Shown piece by piece: positions 1 through 8,766 of a DNA stretch of 32,000 bases. The position numbers and the translations under genes are program-made. Every line of letters starts with the position of its first letter. Position 1 is the first letter of the stretch. The notes below the pieces were generated by a model. That model saw nothing but the letters and a program-made list of their open reading frames with translations. It was not told where the DNA came from and did not search any database. The DNA comes from Dickeya dadantii NCPPB 898 (GTDB lineage: Bacteria > Pseudomonadota > Gammaproteobacteria > Enterobacterales > Enterobacteriaceae): assembly GCF_000406145.1 (NCBI RefSeq), contig NZ_CM001976.1, forward strand, positions 407,876 to 439,875, read 5' to 3'.

Positions 1-400
1 CGGCCATCAGTCACAATCGTCATGTGAAGGCGCAATACGAGCGACTGTTGCTAAAAGGCAAGGCAAAGATGCTGGCGATAGGAGCGGCGATGAGGAAGCT
101 GGTTCATCTGTGTTACGGCGTGCTGCATACGCAGCAACGATATGACAGGGATTATGGGGTGGTAGCCAGTTGAAATACTTGACTGGAGACACGGTTACTC
201 AACGCCGCCTCTCCTTGACCACTGGCTGGTGGCTAAACTGTGGCGCTACGCGCTACCTTCGGCGTTCGACTTCGCTGTTCGGGCCGCTCGTGACGTGCTC
301 CCGGCACGGCACGAGCTTTCGCGGCGTCCTGCCGCTCACCCGGCGAAGTCGCTCGCCTCAGCACAGTTTTTGACGCCGGGAAAATCCTTCCTCCTGTACT
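1..400 (+). mobile_element. Partial IS110/IS1111-type insertion sequence: transposase 3-prime end plus structured non-coding tail. The right boundary cannot be fixed from one copy.
   Basis: The transposase C-terminus is followed by non-coding DNA with consecutive GC-rich hairpins at 286-316, 321-335 and 342-357. The end coordinate is only a guess somewhere between about 360 and 520. Confidence 0.4.
3..173 (+). CDS. IS110-family (IS1111-like) transposase, C-terminal fragment; the 5-prime part lies outside the window
   Basis: An open frame enters from the window edge and ends at TGA 171-173. It translates to ...HVKAQYERLLLKGKAKMLAIGAAMRKLVHLCYGVLHTQQRYDRDYGVVAS. The GK-KK..A..A.MRKL....YGVL block is the conserved C-terminal helix region of DEDD/IS110-family transposases. 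This frame is absent from the ORF track because it is open-ended. Confidence 0.7.
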   Translation, partial: AISHNRHVKAQYERLLLKGKAKMLAIGAAMRKLVHLCYGVLHTQQRYDRDYGVVAS

Positions 401-523
401 ACCAAGGGGTTTGTTCACATCCTCTTTTTTGTATTTGGGCTGGCTTCGCTTTTCCTCCTGTATCTCCCGCTATTAGCGCCGTATCGGATGTGATCCCGCC
501 CGTAAAACCGGCATAAGGTTTTA

Positions 524-537
524 TGAAACCGGTTGCA
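524..537. promoter_or_regulatory. LacI/GalR-family operator half-palindrome pair, distal site
   Basis: tgaaaccggttgca matches the family consensus TGnAAnCGnTTnCA with one arm mismatch. It lies 91 bp upstream of the PTS gene start. Confidence 0.55.
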
Positions 538-560
538 GTGATAATGGCTTTCATGCAGTC

Positions 561-574
561 TGAAACCGGTTTCA
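561..574. promoter_or_regulatory. LacI/GalR-family operator, perfect palindrome, proximal site
   Basis: tgaaaccggtttca is a perfect 14-bp palindrome fitting TGnAAnCGnTTnCA. It lies 54 bp upstream of ATG 628. Its centre is 37 bp from the centre of the first site. Confidence 0.65.
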
Positions 575-627
575 GTGGTGGTCGAATCAACGAAGTGGTT
601 ACCGAACATCAACATTAAGGTGGCGCC

Positions 628-2055
628 ATGTCAGGGATCCGAGATTACGCGAAATTAGCGCAGAACATTCTGCAGGAAGTGGGCGGTCAGCCGAATATTG
701 TCGATTTTTCCCGCTGCGCCACCCGGCTACGCCTGATACTGGCGCAAACGCCTGATAACGCGAAAGCGCGGATTCAGAGTCTGCCCGGCGTGATTGCGGT
801 GGTGGAGAGCGCCGGTCAGTTTCAGATTGTCATCGGCGTGCATGTGGCGGAAGTGTACCAGCAGATGGCGGCACTGCTCGGCGAGGGCGCGCAGCACGGC
901 GAAGAACCCCGTCGACGCGTGCTGGATACGGTGATCGCCACCATGTCGGCGGTGTTCGCGCCGATTGTGTATATCCTGGCGGCGGCAGGGATACTGCAGG
1001 GCATACTGATCGTTATTCAGCAGTTCTCCGCCGGTTTTGCGCTGACCGGTACCTATCGCGTGCTTAATTTCATGTCCTGGACGCCGTTCGCCTTTCTGCC
1101 GGTGTTTATCGCTCTTACTGCTTCCCGTCATTTCCGCTGCAACACCTATATCGCGGTGCTGTGCTGCTGCGCGTTGATCAACCCGGAATGGACGGCGATG
1201 GCGGGGAAAATCGCCGCCGGCGAGTCGATCACTCTTCTGGGGCTGCCGCTGGCGAAGACGGTGTATACCGCGTCGGTATTGCCGCCGCTGTTTCTGGTGT
1301 GGGTGCTGGCGTGGGTGGAGCGCCGGGTGGAAAAACGATTGCCGGATATCGTCAGCGCGCTGTTTACCCCGTTGATTTGCTTTGTGATTGTGGTGCCGCT
1401 GACGTTGCTGTTGATCGGCCCGGCCAGCACCTGGGTCGCCACCGGGATCGCCGCCGGCTATAACGCGCTGTTCAATGCCTTCCCGGCGCTGGCGGCCGCG
1501 ATTATTGGCGGCGTGTGGCAGATCATTGTGATCTTCGGCGTGCACTGGGGCATCACGCCGGTGGTGGTGGCTAACTTTGACCTGAACGGTTACGACTCGT
1601 TTCAGGCGTTCCAGACCGTCGCCGTGGTCGCCCAGATGGCGGCCGCATTCGGCTGTTTTTTGAAAACGCGTAATCGTGAACTGAAAGCGCGTTCGATGTC
1701 GGCGGGGGTGACGGCGATTTTCGGCATCACCGAACCGGCTATTTACGGAGTGACGCTGCGCTACAAGAAGCCCTTCATCTGCGGCTGCATCGGCGGGGCG
1801 GTGGGCGCGGTAGTCGCCAGCCTGTTCGGATCGCTGTATTACGCTTATGCCGCATTGCCGGGCGTGCTGACGATGATCAACGCCATCAACCCATCCGCCC
1901 CGATGTCGTTTATCGGCGAGCTGGCTGGCTGCGGTGTGGCAATTGTGCTGACTATCGGACTGGTGATGGTGGTGGGGTTTGACGATCCGGTGGAGGAAAC
2001 GGCCGCGGCGCCAGCGGAGGCAACGTCGGCGACCCGGACAAGCACATCGGTTTGA
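628..2055 (+). CDS. ascF: PTS beta-glucoside (arbutin/salicin/cellobiose-type) EIIBC component
   Basis: 475 aa. The N-terminal EIIB domain has the phosphocysteine motif FSRCATRLRL, followed by a long polytopic EIIC region. SD aaggtgg at 617-623. It is followed by a GH1 phospho-beta-glucosidase and preceded by LacI-type operators, as in asc operons. The symbol is tentative. Confidence 0.92.
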   Translation: MSGIRDYAKLAQNILQEVGGQPNIVDFSRCATRLRLILAQTPDNAKARIQSLPGVIAVVESAGQFQIVIGVHVAEVYQQMAALLGEGAQHGEEPRRRVLDTVIATMSAVFAPIVYILAAAGILQGILIVIQQFSAGFALTGTYRVLNFMSWTPFAFLPVFIALTASRHFRCNTYIAVLCCCALINPEWTAMAGKIAAGESITLLGLPLAKTVYTASVLPPLFLVWVLAWVERRVEKRLPDIVSALFTPLICFVIVVPLTLLLIGPASTWVATGIAAGYNALFNAFPALAAAIIGGVWQIIVIFGVHWGITPVVVANFDLNGYDSFQAFQTVAVVAQMAAAFGCFLKTRNRELKARSMSAGVTAIFGITEPAIYGVTLRYKKPFICGCIGGAVGAVVASLFGSLYYAYAALPGVLTMINAINPSAPMSFIGELAGCGVAIVLTIGLVMVVGFDDPVEETAAAPAEATSATRTSTSV

Positions 2056-2073
2056 TATGACAGTGAATATTGA

Positions 2074-3558
<1,485 letters not shown>

Positions 3559-3612
3559 ACCGCGTCAGGATAAGCGTATGGGCTGATAACGCCGGTTATC
3601 CGGCCCGCTGCT

Positions 3613-3648
3613 GAGCCACATCGTCGTCGGTGTGGCTCACTGTTTTTT
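3613..3648. terminator. Rho-independent terminator between convergent ascB-like and argI genes
   Basis: Stem gagccaca (3613-3620) pairs with tgtggctc (3631-3638), followed by a T-run at 3642-3647. Confidence 0.7.
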
Positions 3649-3653
3649 GCTGC

Positions 3654-4670
3654 TTAAATCTCGACGCTGTGGCTTAACGTCGCCACCATCACCGCTTTGA
3701 TGGTGTGCATGCGGTTTTCCGCCTGATCGAACACAATGCTGTGGGCGGATTCAAACACATCGTTGGTGACTTCCATACCGTTGTGCAGGCCGTATTGCTC
3801 CGCCATCTGTTTGCCGAGCGTGGTCTGGTCGTCATGAAACGCCGGCAGGCAGTGCAGGAATTTCACCTGCGGGTTGCCGGTGGCGGCGATCATCGCGGCG
3901 TTAACCTGATATGGCCGCAGCAGGTCGATACGCTGCTGCCATACCTCTTTCGCTTCCCCCATCGAGACCCACACGTCGGTATAGATGAAGTCTACGCCGT
4001 TTACCCCGGCCGCCACGTCTTCAGTCAGCGTAATCGAACCGCCGGTTTTAGCGGCCGCAGCCTGACATTCCGCCACCAGACCGGCATCCGGCCAGCAGGC
4101 TTTCGGGGCGATTAATCGCAGATCCAGCCCGGTGATGGCGGCGGCTTCCTGCATACTGTTGCCCATATTGTTGCGGGTGTCGCCCACGTAGGCCAGCGCC
4201 ATGCCCGACAGCGATTTGCCTGGCAGGTGCTCTTGCATGGTCAGCAGGTCCGCCAGCAACTGGGTCGGATGGAATTCGTTGGTCAGGCCGTTCCACACCG
4301 GCACGCCGGAAAACTCGGCCAGGGTTTCCACCAGCACCTGGCCGTAGCCGCGGTACTGGATGCCGTCGTACATGCGGCCCAGCACCCGGGCGGTGTCTTT
4401 CATGGATTCTTTATGGCCGATCTGGCTGCCGCTGGGGCCGAGGTAGGTGACTTGCGCGCCTTGATCGTATGCAGCAACTTCGAAAGAGCAACGAGTGCGG
4501 GTCGAATCTTTTTCGAAGATGAGTGCGATGTTTTTACCTTGCAGGTGACGGGTTTCGGCGCCGTTTTTCTTATTGGTTTTCAGGGTGGCGGCGAGGGTCA
4601 GAAGGCTGCTGATCTCAGCTGGAGTGAAATCCATCAGCCGTAAAAAATGGCGTTTGTAGAACGGGTTCAT
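3654..4670 (-). CDS. argI: Ornithine carbamoyltransferase
   Basis: Near-colinear with E. coli ArgI: [33 protein letters not shown] and [10 protein letters not shown] motifs. Start was set at [10 protein letters not shown] (ATG 4670, SD ggagaa) by comparison with MSGFYHKHFL of ArgI. The ORF track extends to 4694. Confidence 0.96.
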   Translation of the reverse strand: MNPFYKRHFLRLMDFTPAEISSLLTLAATLKTNKKNGAETRHLQGKNIALIFEKDSTRTRCSFEVAAYDQGAQVTYLGPSGSQIGHKESMKDTARVLGRMYDGIQYRGYGQVLVETLAEFSGVPVWNGLTNEFHPTQLLADLLTMQEHLPGKSLSGMALAYVGDTRNNMGNSMQEAAAITGLDLRLIAPKACWPDAGLVAECQAAAAKTGGSITLTEDVAAGVNGVDFIYTDVWVSMGEAKEVWQQRIDLLRPYQVNAAMIAATGNPQVKFLHCLPAFHDDQTTLGKQMAEQYGLHNGMEVTNDVFESAHSIVFDQAENRMHTIKAVMVATLSHSVEI

Positions 4671-4702
4671 CGTTGTCTTCTCCATGTGGCTCAACGTTTA
4701 AG

Positions 4703-4741
4703 GTTGAATTAAAATTCACTTTATATGTGTAAATATTCAAA
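4703..4741 (-). promoter_or_regulatory. Tandem ARG boxes (ArgR operator) upstream of argI
   Basis: Box 1 (4703-4720, gtTGAATTAAAATTCAct) matches the core TGAAT-WWWW-ATTCA exactly. A 3-bp spacer follows, then box 2 (4724-4741, taTGTGTAAATATTCAaa) with 12 of 14 core matches. Both lie 33-71 bp upstream of the argI start. Confidence 0.75.
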
Positions 4742-4832
4742 TTCAAGTGCCGCGTTCAAACTTTCTGGTGGAGAGAGAGGCTAGCCTGTGGGAAAATAAC
4801 CCTATCTTTGCCGCTTTGATGAGGACTGAGAC

Positions 4833-5261
4833 ATGGCAAACCGCGAACTGCTGGAAGAACAACGTGAAGAGACCCGCCTGATCATTGAGGAGTTGCTGGA
4901 GGACGGCAGCGATCCCGATGCGCTCTATACCATCGAACACCATTTCTCAGCCGAGAAGTTTGAAGATCTGGAAAAAGTGGCGGTGGATGCGTTCAAGCTG
5001 GGTTACGAAGTCACCGACGCCGAAGAAATGGAAATGGAAGACGGCGTGATGCTGATGTGCTGCGATGCTATCAGCGAGTTGGCGTTGAACGCTGAGCTGA
5101 TCGATCAGCAGGTGGAACAACTGCTGGCGCTGGCTGAGCGTCATGGCGTCAATTACGACGGCTGGGGCACCTATTTCGAGGACCCGGACGGCGAGGATGA
5201 AGACGAATTCGAGGAAGACGAAGACTTCTATGATGAGGATGACGACGGCAAACGCCACTGA
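4833..5261 (+). CDS. rraB: Regulator of ribonuclease activity B (RNase E inhibitor)
   Basis: 142 aa, [38 protein letters not shown]..., with a strongly acidic C-terminal tail. It occupies the position next to argI, as in E. coli. Confidence 0.93.
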   Translation: MANRELLEEQREETRLIIEELLEDGSDPDALYTIEHHFSAEKFEDLEKVAVDAFKLGYEVTDAEEMEMEDGVMLMCCDAISELALNAELIDQQVEQLLALAERHGVNYDGWGTYFEDPDGEDEDEFEEDEDFYDEDDDGKRH

Positions 5262-5275
5262 TTCCCCGCTTGCGT

Positions 5276-5307
5276 ATCGCCCGGCAATTGCCGGGCGATG
5301 TGTTTTT
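5276..5307 (+). terminator. Rho-independent terminator after rraB
   Basis: atcgcccggca (5276-5286) pairs with tgccgggcgat (5289-5299), followed by tgttttt. Confidence 0.75.
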
Positions 5308-5335
5308 ATGCGGCGCAATGACAGCGCCCGCGTCC

Positions 5336-5848
5336 TTACAGCGTTTTCAGCATCCTGACTTCACAATCCACATGACCCGTGCTGCCCATAGCATGCGGGA
5401 TATGCTCGAAGCCGAGTTTTTCATACAGGTGGATGGCGCTGGTCAGGTGCGCGGTGGTTTCCAGATAGCAGCGGCGAAACCCCTGCTCGCGGCCAAACGT
5501 CAGCGCCAGCTCCGCCAGCCGGCGGGCGATGCCCTGGCCACGCGCCAGCGGTAGAAAATACATTTTCTGCAATTCGCAAATATCCGATTCGCCGCCGGAC
5601 AGCGGGGCCAGGCCGCCGCCGCCCACCACTTCGCCATTGCACTCCACTACCCAGTAAGCGCTGGCAGGGCGACAATAGAGTTCGAACAACTGGTCCAGGT
5701 CCGGGTCGGACACGGTATACCCTTTGTCGGCCGTCAGGCCGAATTCAGCGGAAACCCGGCGGATCACGCTGGCAATCGCCGCGTTGTCCGCGGCCGTAAT
5801 CGGGCGGGTCAGCAGTGGTGTGGACGCTGAAATTGTCATGTTGCTCAC
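5336..5848 (-). CDS. yjgM: GNAT-family N-acetyltransferase (YjgM-like)
   Basis: 170 aa with the acetyl-CoA binding signature [15 protein letters not shown]. Its position and orientation between rraB and valS match E. coli yjgM. An alternative start is at MTISAS (5839). Confidence 0.85.
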   Translation of the reverse strand: MSNMTISASTPLLTRPITAADNAAIASVIRRVSAEFGLTADKGYTVSDPDLDQLFELYCRPASAYWVVECNGEVVGGGGLAPLSGGESDICELQKMYFLPLARGQGIARRLAELALTFGREQGFRRCYLETTAHLTSAIHLYEKLGFEHIPHAMGSTGHVDCEVRMLKTL

Positions 5849-5903
5849 TCTTGTCGGCAGAATCCTGTCAGGTCGAAAACGTCGGCAACCGGCTGGCGTT
5901 TCC

Positions 5904-5951
5904 CGATGATACGTACTGTCGGTGATACGTACCGCCGATTATACGTACCGA
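5904..5951. repeat. Three exact-period 16-bp tandem repeats with an ATACGTAC core
   Basis: cgatgATACGTACtgt / cggtgATACGTACcgc / cgattATACGTACcga, in the divergent intergenic region between yjgM and the XRE-cupin regulator. Confidence 0.8.
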
Positions 5952-6135
5952 CGCGCCGGCTCAAAACCCCGTTATTGATAAAGACGCGTAACGAAAAGCG
6001 CAACCGTGGATTAGCGCAGCGGTAATCGCTCGACCATGGCGCGGCTCCCGCCGTTGAACGTGCGACGGAATAACCCGTATTTACAGCGTCTTAATCTGAA
6101 CGTATCTTGATCTGTTTTCTCATTTGTGAGATTTT

Positions 6136-6151
6136 TTATCAAAATTGATAA
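6136..6151. promoter_or_regulatory. Inverted repeat TTATCAA-AA-TTGATAA, candidate autoregulatory operator
   Basis: Perfect 7-bp arms with a 2-bp spacer. The repeat ends 13 bp upstream of the regulator ATG (6165). Confidence 0.45.
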
Positions 6152-6164
6152 TCAAGGATACGCG

Positions 6165-6752
6165 ATGGAACCCTCTATTTCCGAAACCGATCGTCTTTCC
6201 GAAACCGATCGTCGTCTGGCCGGGCGGCTGGCGGCGCTGCGCCGTGAGCGCGGCTGGTCGCTGGATGAACTGGCGCAGAACAGCGGCATCAGCCGCGCTA
6301 CCTTGTCCCGGCTGGAACGGATGGAGTCCAGCCCGACGGCGGCGTTATTGGGCCGCTTGTGCGCGGTGTACGGCTGTACCATGTCGTGCCTGCTGGCCGA
6401 AGTGGAAACCCAACTGCCGCAGAAGCTGAGCGCCGCGCAACAACCGGTATGGATTGACCCGGAAACCGGGTTTGTCCGGCGCAGTATTTCTCCCCCTTCC
6501 GCGGGTTTTCGTGCCGAAATGATTCATGGCGAGCTGCCGACCGGCGCGCGTATCGATTACAGCGCGCCGCCGTTGGCGGGGCTGGAGCATCACCTGTATG
6601 TGCTGGAGGGTCAGTTGGTGATGACGCTGGAAGGCGTGACCCACACGCTCGGTCCGCAGGACAGCCTGCGCTATCGCCTGTATGGCGCATCTGGCTTCCA
6701 TAATCCCGGCCCGGATCCGGTTCGCTACCTGATTGCTATCTGCACCCCCTGA
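6165..6752 (+). CDS. XRE-family HTH transcriptional regulator with C-terminal cupin domain
   Basis: HTH region RERGWSLDELAQNSGISRATLSRLERMESSPT. The C-terminal beta-rich part (HHLYVLEGQLVMTLEG...SLRY) is typical of cupin sensor domains. Start is ATG 6165 behind SD aagga. The ORF-track GTG at 6126 is less likely. Confidence 0.85.
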   Translation: MEPSISETDRLSETDRRLAGRLAALRRERGWSLDELAQNSGISRATLSRLERMESSPTAALLGRLCAVYGCTMSCLLAEVETQLPQKLSAAQQPVWIDPETGFVRRSISPPSAGFRAEMIHGELPTGARIDYSAPPLAGLEHHLYVLEGQLVMTLEGVTHTLGPQDSLRYRLYGASGFHNPGPDPVRYLIAICTP

Positions 6753-6776
6753 TCTTTTTTTACTACGGAGCTGACG

Positions 6777-7274
6777 ATGGAGCTGACGATAATGACAAAC
6801 TCATCCCCGCGGGCGCCGCTGGTGATCCGCGAAGACGATCTGAGCGGCGAGGCCACACGAGTGCTGGTGGCCCTGCATCTGGCAGGCATGCACGATAATT
6901 CACCGCCGGAGCAGGTGTTCGCGCTGGATCTATCCGGTTTACAGGCACCGGACATCACGTTCTGGAGCGTCTGGCGCGGCGAGCAGATCGCCGGTATAGG
7001 AGCGCTGAAAATGCTGCCGGACGGCAGCGGAGAGCTGAAATCGATGCGTACCCACCCGCAGTGCCTGCGTCAGGGGGTGGCCGCGTGCCTGCTGGCCCAT
7101 ATTCTGGCCGAAGCGCGTCGGCGCGGCTTGCACCGCCTGAGTCTGGAAACCGGCAGCGGTTCGGCGTTTGAACCGGCGCTGGCGCTGTATCGTCGGCACG
7201 GTTTTGTGAATGGCGAGGCATTTGCTGAGTATACGGCCAGCGAATTCAACCAGTTTCTGCATCTGCCGCTGTAG
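6777..7274 (+). CDS. GNAT-family N-acetyltransferase
   Basis: 165 aa. The motif A region is RTHPQCLRQGVAACLL, followed by YRRHGF near the C-terminus. It lies 24 bp downstream of the XRE-cupin gene, so it is probably co-transcribed. The alternative start ATG 6792 is equally plausible because a 12-bp duplication supplies two SD-ATG pairs. Confidence 0.85.
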   Translation: MELTIMTNSSPRAPLVIREDDLSGEATRVLVALHLAGMHDNSPPEQVFALDLSGLQAPDITFWSVWRGEQIAGIGALKMLPDGSGELKSMRTHPQCLRQGVAACLLAHILAEARRRGLHRLSLETGSGSAFEPALALYRRHGFVNGEAFAEYTASEFNQFLHLPL

Positions 7275-7422
7275 AGGATGGCCCGGTTTCTCTCTTTAAC
7301 CTTCGCGCACAGGCGACAATATCGGCAACCGGAGGGTAACGGCGGGCTTTCTCTGCGGTGAGCGGCGCATGCCTGAACAGAATCAGGACACGGATTGTTT
7401 CATGAGTATTGTTCAGGACTAA

Positions 7423-7468
7423 ATTATATGCCGCGATAACTAAAATTGGCGGCATATAATTATTTTTT
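7423..7468 (+). terminator. Rho-independent terminator
   Basis: attatatgccgc (7423-7434) pairs with gcggcatataat (7449-7460), followed by tatttttt. Confidence 0.65.
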
Positions 7469-7557
7469 CAATGATTAGCAGGCGAGCATTATTGGGATAT
7501 TTTACAGGAAACATTAACATCAGGGTCCCCCGCCTATGATTATGGAAGAGTTGTTCT

Positions 7558-8625
7558 ATGGTTAATCGCTTGTTGTCTGGACTGGCTGGTCTGATTTTTC
7601 TGTTGGTTTTATCCCCTTTTTCGACCGCACAAACGCTACAACCACAAGAAGGGAATTGGGCCGCGCCTGAATTCCGATTCCATACCGGAGAAACCGTCAA
7701 CAATCTCCGTATTCATTATTACACGTTGGGCGACAGTAAAAAGCCGGCCGTATTATTGCTGCACGGCACTAATCAGCCGATCGGCGCCTTATTGGCCGCC
7801 GGTTTTGGCGGCGAATTATTTGGTCCCGGCCAGCCGTTGGACACCAGCAAATATTTCATCATTATTCCTGAAAGCATCGGTTCAGGAAAATCCGCCAAGC
7901 CGTCTGACGGCCTGCGCACTAAATTCCCGCAATATAACTACGATGACATGGTGCTGGCGCAATACCGCTTGCTGACAGAAGGGCTCGGCATTACGCATCT
8001 GCGTCTGGTGATGGGATATTCGATGGGCGGCATGCATACCTGGATGTGGGGCGAAAAATACCCGGACATGATGGATGCGCTGGTGCCGATGGCGTCGCAG
8101 CCGAATGAACTGTCGGGCCGCAACTGGATGTTGCGCCGTATGCTGATTGAAACCATCAAGCGCGATCCGGCGTGGAAAAACGGCGATTACACCACCCAGC
8201 CGCCGTCGCTGCAGACCGCCAACATCATGTTCAGCATCGCCACCACCGGCGGTACGCTGGCCTACCAGAGCAAAGCGCCGACTCGTGCCCTGGCGGACAA
8301 ACTGGTGGATGAGCGCTTAGCCGCGCCGGTCACCAGCGATGCCAACGACTTTATTTATATCTGGAATTCTTCGGCGGATTATAACGCGTCGCCGGAATTG
8401 GCCCGTATCAAGGCGCCGTTGCTGGTGATTAATTCCGCCGATGATGAACGTAATCCGGTTGAAACAGGAATATTGGAAAGTGAACTGAAAAAGGTAAAAC
8501 ACGCCGAGCTGTTTTTGATTCCGGCAAGTAAGGAAACCAGCGGTCATGCCACCATGATGTCGGCGAAGTTTTACAAAAATAAATTGGGTGAGTTTTTGGC
8601 AGCGGTTCCACCCCATAATAAATAA
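7558..8625 (+). CDS. Secreted alpha/beta-fold hydrolase (homoserine O-acetyltransferase-like superfamily)
   Basis: 355 aa. The signal peptide MVNRLLSGLAGLIFLLVLSPFSTAQT is followed by an HG oxyanion region (LLLHGTN) and the nucleophile elbow GYSMGG. Confidence 0.85.
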   Translation: MVNRLLSGLAGLIFLLVLSPFSTAQTLQPQEGNWAAPEFRFHTGETVNNLRIHYYTLGDSKKPAVLLLHGTNQPIGALLAAGFGGELFGPGQPLDTSKYFIIIPESIGSGKSAKPSDGLRTKFPQYNYDDMVLAQYRLLTEGLGITHLRLVMGYSMGGMHTWMWGEKYPDMMDALVPMASQPNELSGRNWMLRRMLIETIKRDPAWKNGDYTTQPPSLQTANIMFSIATTGGTLAYQSKAPTRALADKLVDERLAAPVTSDANDFIYIWNSSADYNASPELARIKAPLLVINSADDERNPVETGILESELKKVKHAELFLIPASKETSGHATMMSAKFYKNKLGEFLAAVPPHNK

Positions 8626-8643
8626 CAGAAATTAACCGCGTCG

Positions 8644-8683
8644 GGCCGACGATAACGACACAATAACGTCGGCCTTTCCTTTC
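8644..8683 (+). terminator. Probable Rho-independent terminator
   Basis: ggccgacg (8644-8651) pairs with cgtcggcc (8667-8674), followed by tttcctttc. Confidence 0.5.
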
Positions 8684-8766
8684 ATGATATTTCCTTTTCA
8701 TTTTTGTTGCGGTTTACGTGTGAGCTGAAGCTCATGGTTTCTTATTACCAAACAACAGGGACAATT

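Noticed and set aside
489-504. Possible CRP site starting tgtga at 489
   Set aside because: Only the left half-site matches. The right half (ccgta) does not resemble TCACA.
170-516. ORFs 170..373 and 229..516 (and the minus-strand ORFs at 233..615) downstream of the transposase stop
   Set aside because: They overlap one another, have no SD sequences and give Arg/Pro/Ala-rich translations. The region is better explained as the structured non-coding tail of the IS or as intergenic DNA.
480-627. BglG-type RAT/terminator antitermination leader, as in the bgl and arb operons
   Set aside because: I see no RAT-like sequence overlapping a terminator hairpin, and there is no BglG/ArbG-family gene. 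The LacI-type palindromes point to repressor control instead.
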